Assembly: GCA_034669905.1 (NCBI GenBank)
Contig: JAXMOL010000012.1
Span: 32,001-96,000, forward strand
From: Candidatus Hydrogenedentota bacterium
Lineage (GTDB): Bacteria; Hydrogenedentota; Hydrogenedentia; Hydrogenedentales; JAEUWI01
Direction of reading: 5' to 3'
DNA length: 64,000 bases
Shown: piece after piece, positions 16,771 to 27,959 of the stretch
How positions within the stretch are numbered: position 1 is the first letter of the stretch
Layout of the letters: every line of letters begins with the position of its first letter
The notes under the pieces: generated by a model
What the model was told of the DNA's origin: nothing
Database searches by the model: none
What the model saw: the letters and a program-made list of their open reading frames with translations, nothing else
Program-made: the position numbers and the translations under genes

Positions 16771-16971
16771 AATCTTCTCCAAAGGCGGTTGAGATTCCAG
16801 CGCCGCGACGGCGAGATTTTTTCGCACCGCCCCCGGGCATCATTTCATGTTTTTGGTGTCGATGCAAATGTGTGTGGATTCGGAGACGATGGGGTCGATG
16901 TGCTATAGTCGTACCAACGCTTTTCGGTCCAGGCGTTTGGGCGATACCCGCGCTGCGGTGGGTGTCTGAGT

Positions 16972-18843
16972 TTGTCTGGGCGAGTCAGCTTACCTGGGAT
17001 AAGGACTCACCGCGTCGTGCGTTTTTTTAGATCAGCGCCATCCTCCCGCTGCCAAATTGCTGCATCCTTGTGGTGTCTTGTGTTGGGTATGGTTTTTTCC
17101 CCGACATCCATGGCACAGGTTTCCTATGACGCCCACTTGGAGGGTGTTTCGGATCCGGTGGTAGATGTGTTGTTGCGCAGTGTATCCAAGACGCTGGGGG
17201 AGAATACGGACCCACCCGCGAGTTTCCTGCATCTGCGTCGTCGTGCCAATCGGGATATAGAGCGTTTCCTCGAAGTCTTTCATTCCCGGGGTTACTACGG
17301 TGCCGCGGTGACCCTGGACGTGGATCGGGATGCAACGCCGATGCGATTGCAATTCAACGCCGTGCCGGGGGAACAATACACCTTTGGTACGATAGCGATT
17401 CGCGGGGTGGACGAGGGCGAGACGGAGGACGCTTCCAAATTGATGGAAGCGCTCGGTCTGGCAGTGGGAAGGCCGGCGCTGGCAGAACCTATCGTGGCGG
17501 CGAACAATAAGCTCCTTACCCACTTGCGCAATCACGGCTATCCCGCGCCCGCGATCAAGAAACGCAATGTGGTGGTAGACCACGCGACCCGCGCCGTGAA
17601 TGTTACGTACCACGTGCAATCGGGGCCGTTCGCTGTCTATGGTGACGAGCGCTACGAAGGGCTCGAGCGGGTGCGCCCGGTGGTCGTGGACAAGTTGCTT
17701 CCCTGGTCTCCGGGGGAGGTGTATGACCAGCGTCAAGTTGCGACGCTCCGCACACGATTGTATGACACCGGTTTATTTGCCACAGCTTCGGTGGATCCCA
17801 TTCCTTCGGATATTTCGGAGTTCGGCGGCTTGCCCATTCGCGTCCAGGTGACGGAGCGGCCGCCCCGTACCATCAGCACGGGGCTGGAATATAAGTCAGA
17901 CGAAGGGGTGGGGGCCCAGTTTCGGTGGGAAAATCGCAATATGAAGGGGCTGGGACACCAATTCAGTGTGGAGACTACGCTGGCCACCGAGTTGCGGGAG
18001 TTGGACCTGCGCTATCATGTGGACCGCTTTCGTCGTCTGGATCAGTCGCTGAGCAGTTCCTTTGTCATTGCGCAGGAAGAGCGTGAAGCTTTTGACAGTG
18101 ACCGCGTTGAACTGTTGGCCTTCGTAGAGCGCGAAGTGAGCCCCAAGTTAACGCTGGCCGCCGGCGCGGGAATCCGTATCGGGCGCGTGGAGCAGCGCGG
18201 GGTAAGCAATAGCCACGAATTACTCTATTTTCCGCTGGAGGCGCGCCTGGACTATACCGATGACCTCCTCGATCCGACGCGGGGTTTCAAGCTGCGCGTG
18301 CGGCTGGAACCCTACCTCGATCCCATTGGGGAGTTGACTTATTTCACGAAAACGGATTTAGAGTTCAGCTATTACATCGCCTTTGGTTCCTTGGAGACGG
18401 CCGACAAGAAGACCCTGCCCAACTGGATCCTGGCCAGTCGGCTGCGGGTGGGGGCCCTGATTGGCGCCGACCGGGACGAGGTTCCGGCCGATATTCGTTT
18501 TTACGCCGGTGGCGGTGGTTCCATTCGGGGCTATCGCTTTCAGACGGTGAGCCCCCTCATCGACGATGACCCGATTGGTGGCAACGGGTTGACGGAATTC
18601 TCTTTCGAAGTGCGCCGACGCCTGACCGAGTCCCTTGGCCTGGTCGCCTTTATCGATGGTGGTCTGGCCTTTGGTGAGACCTACTCCGACTTTGATGGAG
18701 ACCTGCAATACGGTGCGGGGCTGGGTGTCCGCTATTACACCCCGTTGGGCCCCCTGCGTTTTGATGTGGCCGTGCCGCTGAACAAGCGCAGTGAAATTGA
18801 CGACGCCTTTCAAATCTATATGAGCATAGGACACGCCTTTTAG
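16972..18843 (+). CDS. tamA: Omp85-family TamA-like assembly factor (start uncertain)
   Basis: POTRA regions (GYY, GYP), RFYAGGGGSIRGY, GVRYYTPLGPLRFDVAVP, C-terminal IGHAF; directly upstream of tamB. Confidence 0.85.
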   Translation: MSGRVSLPGIRTHRVVRFFRSAPSSRCQIAASLWCLVLGMVFSPTSMAQVSYDAHLEGVSDPVVDVLLRSVSKTLGENTDPPASFLHLRRRANRDIERFLEVFHSRGYYGAAVTLDVDRDATPMRLQFNAVPGEQYTFGTIAIRGVDEGETEDASKLMEALGLAVGRPALAEPIVAANNKLLTHLRNHGYPAPAIKKRNVVVDHATRAVNVTYHVQSGPFAVYGDERYEGLERVRPVVVDKLLPWSPGEVYDQRQVATLRTRLYDTGLFATASVDPIPSDISEFGGLPIRVQVTERPPRTISTGLEYKSDEGVGAQFRWENRNMKGLGHQFSVETTLATELRELDLRYHVDRFRRLDQSLSSSFVIAQEEREAFDSDRVELLAFVEREVSPKLTLAAGAGIRIGRVEQRGVSNSHELLYFPLEARLDYTDDLLDPTRGFKLRVRLEPYLDPIGELTYFTKTDLEFSYYIAFGSLETADKKTLPNWILASRLRVGALIGADRDEVPADIRFYAGGGGSIRGYRFQTVSPLIDDDPIGGNGLTEFSFEVRRRLTESLGLVAFIDGGLAFGETYSDFDGDLQYGAGLGVRYYTPLGPLRFDVAVPLNKRSEIDDAFQIYMSIGHAF

Positions 18844-21800
18844 TGACCGAAGTCCCTGAGAAGAAAAAACGCGTCTGGTTGCGACGAGTCATTGGACTCT
18901 TTCTGGTGGGGCTGTTTCTGCTGGGATTGGCCTTCCTCGCGCTGCAGACGCCCCCGGCTAAGCGCTTTATGGCGCGTCAGATTAACCAGTCCCTGGAGGG
19001 TGCCTTGCCCTGGCCGGCGGAGCTCAAGGGCATCGGCGGGTTGCTTCCCTTTGTGGTGACCTTGGAAGCGTTGCGGCTGGGCGAAGCCAAGGATCCCTGG
19101 TTGACCCTGACAAACGTGGCCATGAATCTGGAGTTCCTCCCCTTTCTGAAGGGGCAGGTCTCGGTGGAGCGGCTGGCGGCGGAAGCTGTTGTCTTGAACG
19201 AATTACCGGAAGCGGCCGATGAAGAGGAAGAGGTTGATGGGCCCTTCGTATTGCCGCTCTTGTCGGATTTGCCCCCGTGGATTCGCCTGGGCAATCTGGA
19301 AGTGTCCCGGTTGGTTCTCGGCGAGGCTATTGCCGGTGAGCGCATTGTGGCATCGGTCGGGGGTGCCTATTTACCCGAGGCCGATGAATCGATTCAGATT
19401 CGCATCCGCGGCATGGAGACGACGGACAGTAACCTGACCCTGACCGGGAGCCTGCGGGATGGGGTGGTGAATCTATCGGTCTCGGGAGAGGACACCACGA
19501 TCTTCTCGTCGCTTGCGGGGGTGGAGGGACCCTTCGCCGTGGATTTGGGGCTCCAGGGCCCCCTTAGCGGTGCGGACATGGATTTGGACATCACGCGGGC
19601 CGGGGCGCCGCTGCTTCGTGTGGATGCCCTGCTCCGCTACGAATCGCCGCTGGGTATCGATGGCGCGGTCACCGTTGTCTTGCCGGAAGATCTGGTTTCC
19701 AGTGACGTGATAGCTAAGCTGGGGCCGGAAGTGGCCCTGGAGTTAGACATCGCGCTGGATGAGGCCTATGGCCTCACCTTTTCGCAGACGACAGTGAAGA
19801 CGGCCCATGCCGATGTGTTGGTCGACGGCTCCTTTTCACTGAAGGACCAGGCGATAGACCTGGTGACGACGTTGGGTTATGACGATTTCAATCGGCTTCT
19901 GGCGGAGGAAGGTGGGGAAGCAGCCTTGCCCCTGCACGCAGAACTACCGTTGTCCGGTTCGCTGCGTGCCCTGGCGATAGTGCCCAAAGTGCAATTGGGC
20001 GGTGCCGATTGGATGGGTGGCGCACTGGACGTGGGGCTCAACGACACGATTACGGCGAAAGGCGAGGTGACGGTCTACCCCGTGGCTGGACTGGTGCCGG
20101 AGGCCTACCGCGAGGTATTGGCCGATGGTGGTATAGTGACCTTGGATCTGGCCTATGCGGCGGAGCAGGTGACCTTGACCGACACGGCAATCCGTGTGGG
20201 TGAGACGCGGCTGGTGGCGGACGGCACGGTAAACATGGCTGAGTCCCTGTTGGATCTGCGTCTTGCCGGGGCGGCACCGGATTTGAATGCCTTTGAGTCC
20301 CTGGCAGGCAGCCCCCTGGCGGGCGCGGTCACCTTTACGGTGGAGGCGAAGGGTACGGGTGAAGGCACCACGCTGAAAGGGCGGTTCGATGTCGCGAAAT
20401 TACAACTAGCCACCACGGTTGTTCCCGAAGGTACGCTGTCTGTCGACGTAAAGGCGGGCGGATTTCCCGATGCCCTGACCGACGCGATTGAAGCGACGTT
20501 GAACGGCCGTTTCCCCGGCATGCAACTCCAGCCGGAAGTTACCCGCGATTTGACATTGGACGGAGTCGTGGCCATCAACGCCCTCAAACAGATGAGGGTT
20601 ACGGACCTCAACATCACCGACGGCAACCTCGCCATGACTGCGGATGGCACCATCGACCTGGAAAGCCGCGATGCCGATTTTAAGAGTCAGATTGTCGTTG
20701 CGGAGTTGGGGGAATATGCCACGCTGGCAGACCTGCCGTACCGGGGCGCCGCCAATTTTCAAGTCGATGTCGCTTCTGGTGATGGGCCCGGCAGTCTGAT
20801 TGCCCGCATCAATGGCCGCTTGAACGAACTGGATGGTCTGCCGTCCACCGTGGAAGGGGTGGCGGGTTCTGCCCTGACCCTCAAGGCGACGGCGCATTAC
20901 GATGGAACCGAGGCTTCGGTACGGGATCTGTACCTCGAAGGAAGGGGAATTCGGGCCGAAGGTCAGGGCGCCGTCAATACCAAGACCCAGGCGCTCAATG
21001 TGGCGCTATCGGGCGGGCTCGATGATATCGCGCCCTTCAGCGCGCTGGCCAAACGTCCGCTCTCCGGTGCGGCCAATTTTGAATTGGCAGCGACAGGCAC
21101 CACCGAAGATCTGAGCGCCGATGTGACGTTGCGCGGAGAGAATCTGATTCTGGATATGATACAGGCATCCGAGGCGGTCATCTTGGTGAAGGCCAGTGGA
21201 ATTCCGTCCGACACGGTGGCGGAGCTGGACGTTGTGCTAACGGAAAACGACGCGTCCCTCTCGTTGCGGGCGGCGGTTGGGCACACGGGTTCGCAGTTGG
21301 ATATACGGACACTGACGCTGGTCGCAGGAGAGAATCAGCTTTCCGGGTCGGGGCGGGTCAACCTGGAGACCCTTCGGGGTGAAGGGGAAGTGAATGCGGT
21401 GATGCCGGAGCTGGCCGCATTGAAGACCTGGTTGAAATTGCCCCTGGAAGGTGCGGTGGAATTGCAGGCTACGCTGACGGAGGGGCCGGATACCTTGACC
21501 GGAAACCTGACGGTGGACGGGCTGGTGGCGTCGGCGGTGAAGCTGGGCCATGCGGAAGGCACCTTTGATGTAAGCGATGTGTTTGAAACGCCCGCCGGCA
21601 CGATTGCGCTGCGCGCCACCGAACTCGATACAGGCGATATTCGACTGACCTCCCTGGACCTGAACGCAGAAGGGCCGCCGAGTGGGCTTCAGATAGGGTT
21701 GGACAGCAAAGGGATTTACAAGGAGTTCACCCGGTTCCACGTTGAAAGTGGGGGACTCATTTCCAACGAATCACTCTCTTTTGATTTGCGTGAACTCAAT

Positions 21801-23570
21801 TTTGGCCTGGAAGAATACACCTTTTCCCTTCGGGAAGAGGCGACGCTCTCCTGGAGGGAAGGCGACATACTGCTGACCCCCTTTGTGTTGGAAAGCGAGT
21901 CGGGCACATTGATCGCAGCGGGGCGCTACAACTCCGAGGCCGTGGATGTACGTGTCGAATGGGAGGAACTCTCCCTGGGGCTGGTGGAATTACTCGCCAT
22001 GGATCCCATGGCAGGCATACTGGATGGGTCGCTCACCATCACCGGCGCACCCAGCGCTCCCGACGTGCGGGCGGAAAGCACGCTGCAAGGATACAATCCG
22101 AGTCCGGGAGAAAACATCGACTTTCCGGGGATGGATGGGGAACTGGAGATGGATATCGCCGCCGGACAGTTGAGCGCGACGCTGAGCGCCACGGTGGCGG
22201 AATCGACGGCCTTCAATGGAGAGGCCGGGTTCCCCCTCGAACTTTCGCTCTCCCCGTGTTTTTTTTCGATTGCGGAGGCGGCCCCCCTCGAGGGCAGTCT
22301 TTCGGGTACCGGAGACTTGACAGTTGTGCCGCCGCTGCTGTCCTGGGATGGACAAGCGATGGCGGGCACGCTGAAGGCGGATCTGCGCCTCGAAGGAACC
22401 TATGGTACCCCTCTGCTGGATGGCACCGTCACCGTATCGGAGGGCTACTATGAAAATGGAAGCTCGAGCACCATCCTGGATGATCTGGAAATCCTGCTTG
22501 AGGCCTCCGGTAACACGGTTCGTATTGCTAAATTTGAAGGCACCGATGGGGCGGGGGGCACGGTCACGGGTAAAGGCCAGATCGTGTTGGACCCCGACAC
22601 GGGGTCTCCCTATGACATTTCGCTCAGCCTCGACAATCCGCGCCTGGTACACCGCGACGACTTTCGCGCCCAGGGCGACGGGACGCTCCGGCTCTACGGC
22701 GATTCGGGCAAAGCCGCGCTGGAAGGAAAGCTGGCGGTGAGTCCGGCGTATTTCACGATTCCGGAGAGCTCGACGGAGACCCAGATTACGACGGTAGAGT
22801 ATACCGAGGCCCAGGCGGAAGGGGAGCCGGTGGAAGAAGAGGAAACACCGCGCTATGTCTTCGGGCTCGATGTGGAGTTGAGTCTGCCCGGAAAGGTCTT
22901 TGTGACCGGGCCGGGCCTGGAGTCAGAGTGGGACGGCAAGCTCCATATCAAAAACACGGCGGCCGACCCTTCCATCGAGGGGGTCTTGCGCGTGAAGAAG
23001 GGGACCCTCGATTTTCTGGGGCGGATCTTTACCCTGGCCGAAAGCACCATCACCTTTGACGGTCAGACCCCGCCGCTACCCTATTTACGTATCGACGCGG
23101 TGACCACCACCGATGATGTAGAAGCCCACGTGCGCATGGAGGGTACGCAGGATAATTTGAACCTGAGCCTCGAGTCGGACCCGGCCTTGCCGCGCGATGA
23201 GATTTTGTCCCGCGTATTGTTCGGGCAGCGGCTTTCGGATGTGAGTCCTGTGCAGGCCCTGACCCTCGCGCGTTATGCGCCCATGTTTAAGAAGAATGTC
23301 TCGGGTCGTAGTGTCTTGGGGAGTAAGGGCCCCAAGCCCTTCCTGGTGGATCGCATCAGCATCAACAGCGGTACCCAGGTCGGTGAGACGAGCATCACGA
23401 CGGGCAAGTACCTGAGCGATGACTTTTACCTCGAGTTTCAACAGGGACTCGGAACGGCCGAAAGTCTGGTCTCGCTCGATTGGATTTTCGCGCCCCAATG
23501 GGCACTCAAGGGAAAAACGACCGCAGGGGGTGAAGGGGGATTGGGTGTGTTTTGGAAAAAGAACTATTGA
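18843..23570 (+). CDS. tamB: Translocation/assembly module TamB (DUF490)
   Basis: N-terminal TM anchor, long beta-rich body, LESDPALPRDEILSRVLFG, GKYLSDDFY, C-terminal WKKNY. Confidence 0.85.
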   Translation: MTEVPEKKKRVWLRRVIGLFLVGLFLLGLAFLALQTPPAKRFMARQINQSLEGALPWPAELKGIGGLLPFVVTLEALRLGEAKDPWLTLTNVAMNLEFLPFLKGQVSVERLAAEAVVLNELPEAADEEEEVDGPFVLPLLSDLPPWIRLGNLEVSRLVLGEAIAGERIVASVGGAYLPEADESIQIRIRGMETTDSNLTLTGSLRDGVVNLSVSGEDTTIFSSLAGVEGPFAVDLGLQGPLSGADMDLDITRAGAPLLRVDALLRYESPLGIDGAVTVVLPEDLVSSDVIAKLGPEVALELDIALDEAYGLTFSQTTVKTAHADVLVDGSFSLKDQAIDLVTTLGYDDFNRLLAEEGGEAALPLHAELPLSGSLRALAIVPKVQLGGADWMGGALDVGLNDTITAKGEVTVYPVAGLVPEAYREVLADGGIVTLDLAYAAEQVTLTDTAIRVGETRLVADGTVNMAESLLDLRLAGAAPDLNAFESLAGSPLAGAVTFTVEAKGTGEGTTLKGRFDVAKLQLATTVVPEGTLSVDVKAGGFPDALTDAIEATLNGRFPGMQLQPEVTRDLTLDGVVAINALKQMRVTDLNITDGNLAMTADGTIDLESRDADFKSQIVVAELGEYATLADLPYRGAANFQVDVASGDGPGSLIARINGRLNELDGLPSTVEGVAGSALTLKATAHYDGTEASVRDLYLEGRGIRAEGQGAVNTKTQALNVALSGGLDDIAPFSALAKRPLSGAANFELAATGTTEDLSADVTLRGENLILDMIQASEAVILVKASGIPSDTVAELDVVLTENDASLSLRAAVGHTGSQLDIRTLTLVAGENQLSGSGRVNLETLRGEGEVNAVMPELAALKTWLKLPLEGAVELQATLTEGPDTLTGNLTVDGLVASAVKLGHAEGTFDVSDVFETPAGTIALRATELDTGDIRLTSLDLNAEGPPSGLQIGLDSKGIYKEFTRFHVESGGLISNESLSFDLRELNFGLEEYTFSLREEATLSWREGDILLTPFVLESESGTLIAAGRYNSEAVDVRVEWEELSLGLVELLAMDPMAGILDGSLTITGAPSAPDVRAESTLQGYNPSPGENIDFPGMDGELEMDIAAGQLSATLSATVAESTAFNGEAGFPLELSLSPCFFSIAEAAPLEGSLSGTGDLTVVPPLLSWDGQAMAGTLKADLRLEGTYGTPLLDGTVTVSEGYYENGSSSTILDDLEILLEASGNTVRIAKFEGTDGAGGTVTGKGQIVLDPDTGSPYDISLSLDNPRLVHRDDFRAQGDGTLRLYGDSGKAALEGKLAVSPAYFTIPESSTETQITTVEYTEAQAEGEPVEEEETPRYVFGLDVELSLPGKVFVTGPGLESEWDGKLHIKNTAADPSIEGVLRVKKGTLDFLGRIFTLAESTITFDGQTPPLPYLRIDAVTTTDDVEAHVRMEGTQDNLNLSLESDPALPRDEILSRVLFGQRLSDVSPVQALTLARYAPMFKKNVSGRSVLGSKGPKPFLVDRISINSGTQVGETSITTGKYLSDDFYLEFQQGLGTAESLVSLDWIFAPQWALKGKTTAGGEGGLGVFWKKNY

Positions 23571-23736
23571 TCCCGCTGTGCCGGTCGAGGGTGGTGTGCG
23601 TCCACCGTGGTACAAACAACGCCTGTCCAGGATCCGGGAGTTGGGTCGAAGCAGGATTTCACCGTTGCGCGGCCATTAACCATTGTAGTTTGACCAACGT
23701 AGAAAATGGATTCTACCAGACCCTCAAGGAGGATGA

Positions 23737-24540
23737 ATGACGGTTCACCAGAATGCCGTAGCACGATTTGATCTCACTGGAAAAGTGGCCTGGGTTCCCG
23801 GCGGCGCGGGCCTCCTGGGCACGGCGGTCTCCCGCGCCCTGGCGGAACACGGCGCCCACGTTATCGTGGCGGATCTCCGCGCAGATGCCGCCGAAGCAAT
23901 GGCCGAGACGCTGGTGGCCGAAGGCTACTCTGCCGAAGGTCGTGCTCTCGATATTGGCGACGAAGCCATGGTCAAGAGCGAGGCAGACGCTATCGTGGCG
24001 AAGCACGGCCACCTCGACCTCATGGTCAACATGACCTTCTACTACACGAAGGCCAGCATGGAAGAAATGACGGCGGAACAGTGGGAGGCCGGTATGCGCG
24101 TTTCCCTCACGGGCGCCTTTGTCTCTACCCGGGAATGCGGGCGCGTTATGGCCCAACAGGGCCGTGGCAGCATCATCCACTTCAGCAGCATGTACGGCGT
24201 GGTCAGTCCCGACCCGCGCATGTATCCCCCCAGCCAGACCCCCAACCCCATCGACTACGGTGTGGCGAAGGCGGGCATCCTCCAGCTCGTCCGCTACCAG
24301 GGCGTCTTCCTGGCTGAAAAGGGCGTGCGGGTGAACGCCATTGTTCCGGGGCCCTTTCCCAATCCCGACTCCCAGGGCGCCGACCCCGACTTTGTGAAAC
24401 TCTTGAAAGCCAAGTGCCCCACGGGACGCTTTGGTCACCCCGAGGAAATCGCCGGGGCCGTGGTCTTCCTGTGTTCCGATGCGGCGAGCTACGTGACAGG
24501 CACCCAGATTGTCGTGGACGGCGGCTGGACAGCGTGGTGA
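23737..24540 (+). CDS. SDR family oxidoreductase
   Basis: GGAGLLG, SSMYG, YGVAK (YxxxK), [16 protein letters not shown]. Confidence 0.9.
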   Translation: MTVHQNAVARFDLTGKVAWVPGGAGLLGTAVSRALAEHGAHVIVADLRADAAEAMAETLVAEGYSAEGRALDIGDEAMVKSEADAIVAKHGHLDLMVNMTFYYTKASMEEMTAEQWEAGMRVSLTGAFVSTRECGRVMAQQGRGSIIHFSSMYGVVSPDPRMYPPSQTPNPIDYGVAKAGILQLVRYQGVFLAEKGVRVNAIVPGPFPNPDSQGADPDFVKLLKAKCPTGRFGHPEEIAGAVVFLCSDAASYVTGTQIVVDGGWTAW

Positions 24541-26939
24541 GTAGATGGCTCAATGGGTGCGTGCTTCTGGCTTCGGCAGTGCTCTTTGCGTTGGGCGTTG
24601 GTGCCGATGAACTGCCGTGGTCTTCGCCCTTACCCTATCGAATCCTCGTTGAGGTTCCGCCCGTACCGCTCCAAGGTCGTACCAGGGATGAGATGCCGGC
24701 GGAATTAACCATCGATTTCGAGGCCGCCCTCGAAGGGCTTGGTGTGAAGGCTATCCCCGCCCTCAACACCTTGCACATGGTGAAGGGTGAGGGGGAGACG
24801 GGAAAGTCGGCTTCGTACACCGCGGGTGCCAAGAGCCTCCCCTTCCGCTGGTATGACGATGCCATCCCCTATGAATTCTCGGAAGTACTTGCGCCCATCA
24901 GCTATACCGACGGGGAACGACGACGGATGACGACACCCCGGGGCGGCTACATGTACAACGCGCTGGGCGATTGGAAGTCGGGACGTCTCGCATGGACCCA
25001 TAGCCAGTCGGGGACCGAGACGGCGCGCTACGCCATTTATTTCGACGTGCTGGCAGCGGACGAAGTTCCGAGTGAGACGCCGCCCCGGGCCTGGCTCGGC
25101 GATGGCATGCCCCGCCACGCGGAGGTGGGTGAAAGCACGACCGGGGCGGACCACACCCATATTTCCATCGACGATTGGGATGGAGACGGTCGGAACGATA
25201 TCGTCTATGGCGAGCAATACGGTCAGATCTCCGTGCTCTTCAATCGGGGCACGCCGTCGAAGCCCCAGTATCCCTATGCCAAGCTCCTCTTTGATGAGGA
25301 AGGGCTTCCCCTCGATACGGGGGTTCATGCCGCCGTGTTGGTGGTAGATTGGGACGGTGATGGCGCGAAGGATATCCTGGCGGGGACCTATATGAACCGC
25401 ATCAGCTTCTTTCGCAACACCGGCACAAACACCCATCGGACCTTCGCCTACCAGGGACTCTTGCGCGATGCCGACGGTGAATTTCTGGCCCTGCCCATTA
25501 CCCCAGTGGCGCGTAAGGCCGAGGGCTTGTTTAAGGAAGACTACTATCCCGTCTTAAGCGTCGTTGATTGGAACGGCGACGGACGGCGCGATCTCATTGC
25601 CGGCGGCTATATCACCGGGCGCATCTATTTCTTCGAGCATGTCGGCGTAGACGACAAAAACCTGCCCCAACTAAAACTGAGGGGTCCCATCGCGGCCGAT
25701 GGTGCACCCATAAACGTTCGCGACTGGTGCGCTTCTCCGTCGCTTGGAGACTTGAACGGTGACGGCCTCCTCGACATGGTGAGCGGTGCCTATACCTGGG
25801 GTGGCGGCACGGGGGAGCGGCCTGCCTTCATCCGCTATTACGAAAATCAGGGCTCCGCAGCGCGACCAGAGTTTAGCGAGAAGCTTCTGCCCATTCAAGG
25901 GGAGGCGTTGCGACTTCGCGTGCCCCACCCCGTGATCGAGGATTGGAATCACGATGGTCTGCCCGATCTTATCGTGGCCTCGGGGGCGAACATCTTCTTG
26001 TGGCAGAATGTGGGCACCAGGACCGCGCCGGTTTTCGCAGTGAACAGCGAGGCCATTCCTTCTGTTTGGGGCAACGCGCCCTTGCCGGGAGGGCATCAGG
26101 TGTTGGACTGGGATGGCGATGGATACGTTGATTTGGTCAAGGGCTACACCGTATGGCTGAACCGTGGCGCGGACAATCCCTATGCCTTTGAGGAGACGGA
26201 GTCGGTGTTGCCCGACGGTACCCGTATTGACCACCCGACGGACATGGGCGATGGCCACTTCTGGCCCTACCTGTATGATCTCGACCAGGATGGCCAGATG
26301 GATGTGCTCTTCGGGGATTGGCACGGGAACGTCTGGTTTCATCGGAACACCAGCACGGATGGCAATCTATCCTATGACCTGGACGGGTATCGTCTGACGA
26401 CGGCGGATGGCGCGCCCATTAAGGTGGGTCCGGTAACGGGCGACTCGGGGAAAGACTTTCAAGTGCATCAGGGGGCGCGGACAAAGTTCACCGCCGGAGA
26501 TTTCGACAATGATGGACGGGACGACCTGGTGGTGGGGGACACCCACGGAATCGTTCGGTACTACAAGAACCTTGGACCCATGGCCAGTCCCGTCTTTGCA
26601 CCACCGCTCGAAGTGGGTAATCTCAAGACCCGCCTGAACGTAGAAAAAATTGACTGGAACGAAGATGGGCTACTGGATGTCATTTGCGGCGTTGCGAACC
26701 ACCGTATCGTCCTCTTTCTCAACGGAGGGACTGATGGCGCAGCGACCTTCGACGAAGGAACCCAGTTGGAGGTGCCTGCCATAAAAGGCCCGGAGGTGAT
26801 AGTCGCGGACATGAACCGCGATGGAGACGCGGATCTCATCATCAACGGAACCCAAGGCACCACGCTGTTGGAACGCTCCTTTTTACGGCACGGCTATGCC
26901 CCGGCACGAGTCTTGGGTCTGGAAAAGAAACCGGAGTGA
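24537..26939 (+). CDS. Secreted FG-GAP/VCBS repeat protein
   Basis: GTG start overlapping SDR stop (GTGA); signal peptide; about ten DWDGDG/DLNGDG-type motifs. Confidence 0.85.
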   Translation: MSRWLNGCVLLASAVLFALGVGADELPWSSPLPYRILVEVPPVPLQGRTRDEMPAELTIDFEAALEGLGVKAIPALNTLHMVKGEGETGKSASYTAGAKSLPFRWYDDAIPYEFSEVLAPISYTDGERRRMTTPRGGYMYNALGDWKSGRLAWTHSQSGTETARYAIYFDVLAADEVPSETPPRAWLGDGMPRHAEVGESTTGADHTHISIDDWDGDGRNDIVYGEQYGQISVLFNRGTPSKPQYPYAKLLFDEEGLPLDTGVHAAVLVVDWDGDGAKDILAGTYMNRISFFRNTGTNTHRTFAYQGLLRDADGEFLALPITPVARKAEGLFKEDYYPVLSVVDWNGDGRRDLIAGGYITGRIYFFEHVGVDDKNLPQLKLRGPIAADGAPINVRDWCASPSLGDLNGDGLLDMVSGAYTWGGGTGERPAFIRYYENQGSAARPEFSEKLLPIQGEALRLRVPHPVIEDWNHDGLPDLIVASGANIFLWQNVGTRTAPVFAVNSEAIPSVWGNAPLPGGHQVLDWDGDGYVDLVKGYTVWLNRGADNPYAFEETESVLPDGTRIDHPTDMGDGHFWPYLYDLDQDGQMDVLFGDWHGNVWFHRNTSTDGNLSYDLDGYRLTTADGAPIKVGPVTGDSGKDFQVHQGARTKFTAGDFDNDGRDDLVVGDTHGIVRYYKNLGPMASPVFAPPLEVGNLKTRLNVEKIDWNEDGLLDVICGVANHRIVLFLNGGTDGAATFDEGTQLEVPAIKGPEVIVADMNRDGDADLIINGTQGTTLLERSFLRHGYAPARVLGLEKKPE

Positions 26940-27020
26940 ATTCCCGCCATAGCCTTTTGGGTTGTATTACGACGTGCGTTTCTCGCGCCTTCTTGACCTT
27001 CCCGGGCTACTGCTTCAAGT

Positions 27021-27518
27021 TTAGAACAGCGCTCTTATCGTGGCGATGGGCAAAAACAAATGCATCGGCTGGTCCTGGAAGGCCTCAAAGCCATACTTCG
27101 AATAGAAGGCGACGGCAGCGGGGGTGATGGCGTGAACTTCTACTGCGAAAATAGCCATCTGGTCGGCAATCTGTACAATCCGATTCAGGGCGTCTATTAA
27201 CAGGAATTCGCCGAGTTGCTGGCCTTGCGCGGCACGGTCCACGGCGAGTTTTCCGATCAGGGCGGTGGGGAGGGGGTAACGCGGTAGTTTCTTCTGCAAT
27301 CCAGGCGGCACGTTGGTGAAGTCAACGGCGGACGCACTGAGGGTGTAGTAACCCGATACCTGATTGCTCCCCGGTTGCACGGCAACAAAGGTGCGCCCAA
27401 AATTCTTGCGGCTTTGCTGGCGTGCGTATTTCCGGAGATACTCGTCGAGTTGGGCAACTCCGCAACAGAATTCCTGTCGCTCATGGGTCGCAGCCAGGGG
27501 GGCCACCGACCACTTCAC
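27021..27518 (-). CDS. GNAT acetyltransferase toxin (AtaT/TacT/KacT-like)
   Basis: FCCGVAQLDEYL, GYYTLS, PRYPLP, IGKLAVD..QGQQLG, FYSKYGF. Confidence 0.9.
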   Translation of the reverse strand: MKWSVAPLAATHERQEFCCGVAQLDEYLRKYARQQSRKNFGRTFVAVQPGSNQVSGYYTLSASAVDFTNVPPGLQKKLPRYPLPTALIGKLAVDRAAQGQQLGEFLLIDALNRIVQIADQMAIFAVEVHAITPAAVAFYSKYGFEAFQDQPMHLFLPIATIRALF

Positions 27519-27781
27519 GTGCCTGCGCGCTTCCGATAGCTTGCGGCTGCTTGCTGCAGTGCCCCATTGGGCTTGGGCGGGGCATCGAGAAGTTGGAGGA
27601 AGCGGTCCCGGTCCCGGTCGGAGAGGGCCGTCCGGTTGTGGGCCGCGAGCACTTTGCCCGCTTCTTCGGATAAGGTCGCGATGACAAATTGGGTTACGGA
27701 CTGATTACGTAGGGATGCCGCCTGTTGAATCAGTGCCTTGGTGTCGGGTTTAAGCCGCACATCGAGTCGGGTGCCATCCAT
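27515..27781 (-). CDS. DUF1778 RHH antitoxin
   Basis: RLDVRL..K.LI..AA, LSDRDRDRFLQLLDAPPKPN.AL; GAGGAG RBS; GTGA coupling to toxin. Confidence 0.9.
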   Translation of the reverse strand: MDGTRLDVRLKPDTKALIQQAASLRNQSVTQFVIATLSEEAGKVLAAHNRTALSDRDRDRFLQLLDAPPKPNGALQQAAASYRKRAGT

Positions 27782-27817
27782 TTCCGTTCTCCTCAAGGGT
27801 GTACTATACTCGGTAAA

Positions 27818-27849
27818 AGTATACCATACGGTACGGAGAGATGCCGTAC
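27818..27849 (-). promoter_or_regulatory. TA promoter (extended -10 TGGTATACT) and operator GTACGG-N7-CCGTAC
   Basis: Extended -10 at 27818-27826; inverted repeat at 27831-27849. Confidence 0.7.
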
Positions 27850-27959
27850 GTATTCCCGCCCTTTGTGTCGTGGGCTCCGGGGCAGGGCTTCGGCCCGTCT
27901 TCCAGTGGGGACCCGAGGGGCGGCTGATTTTCTGGGTGTCGAAGAAACCGGAGTAAGCA

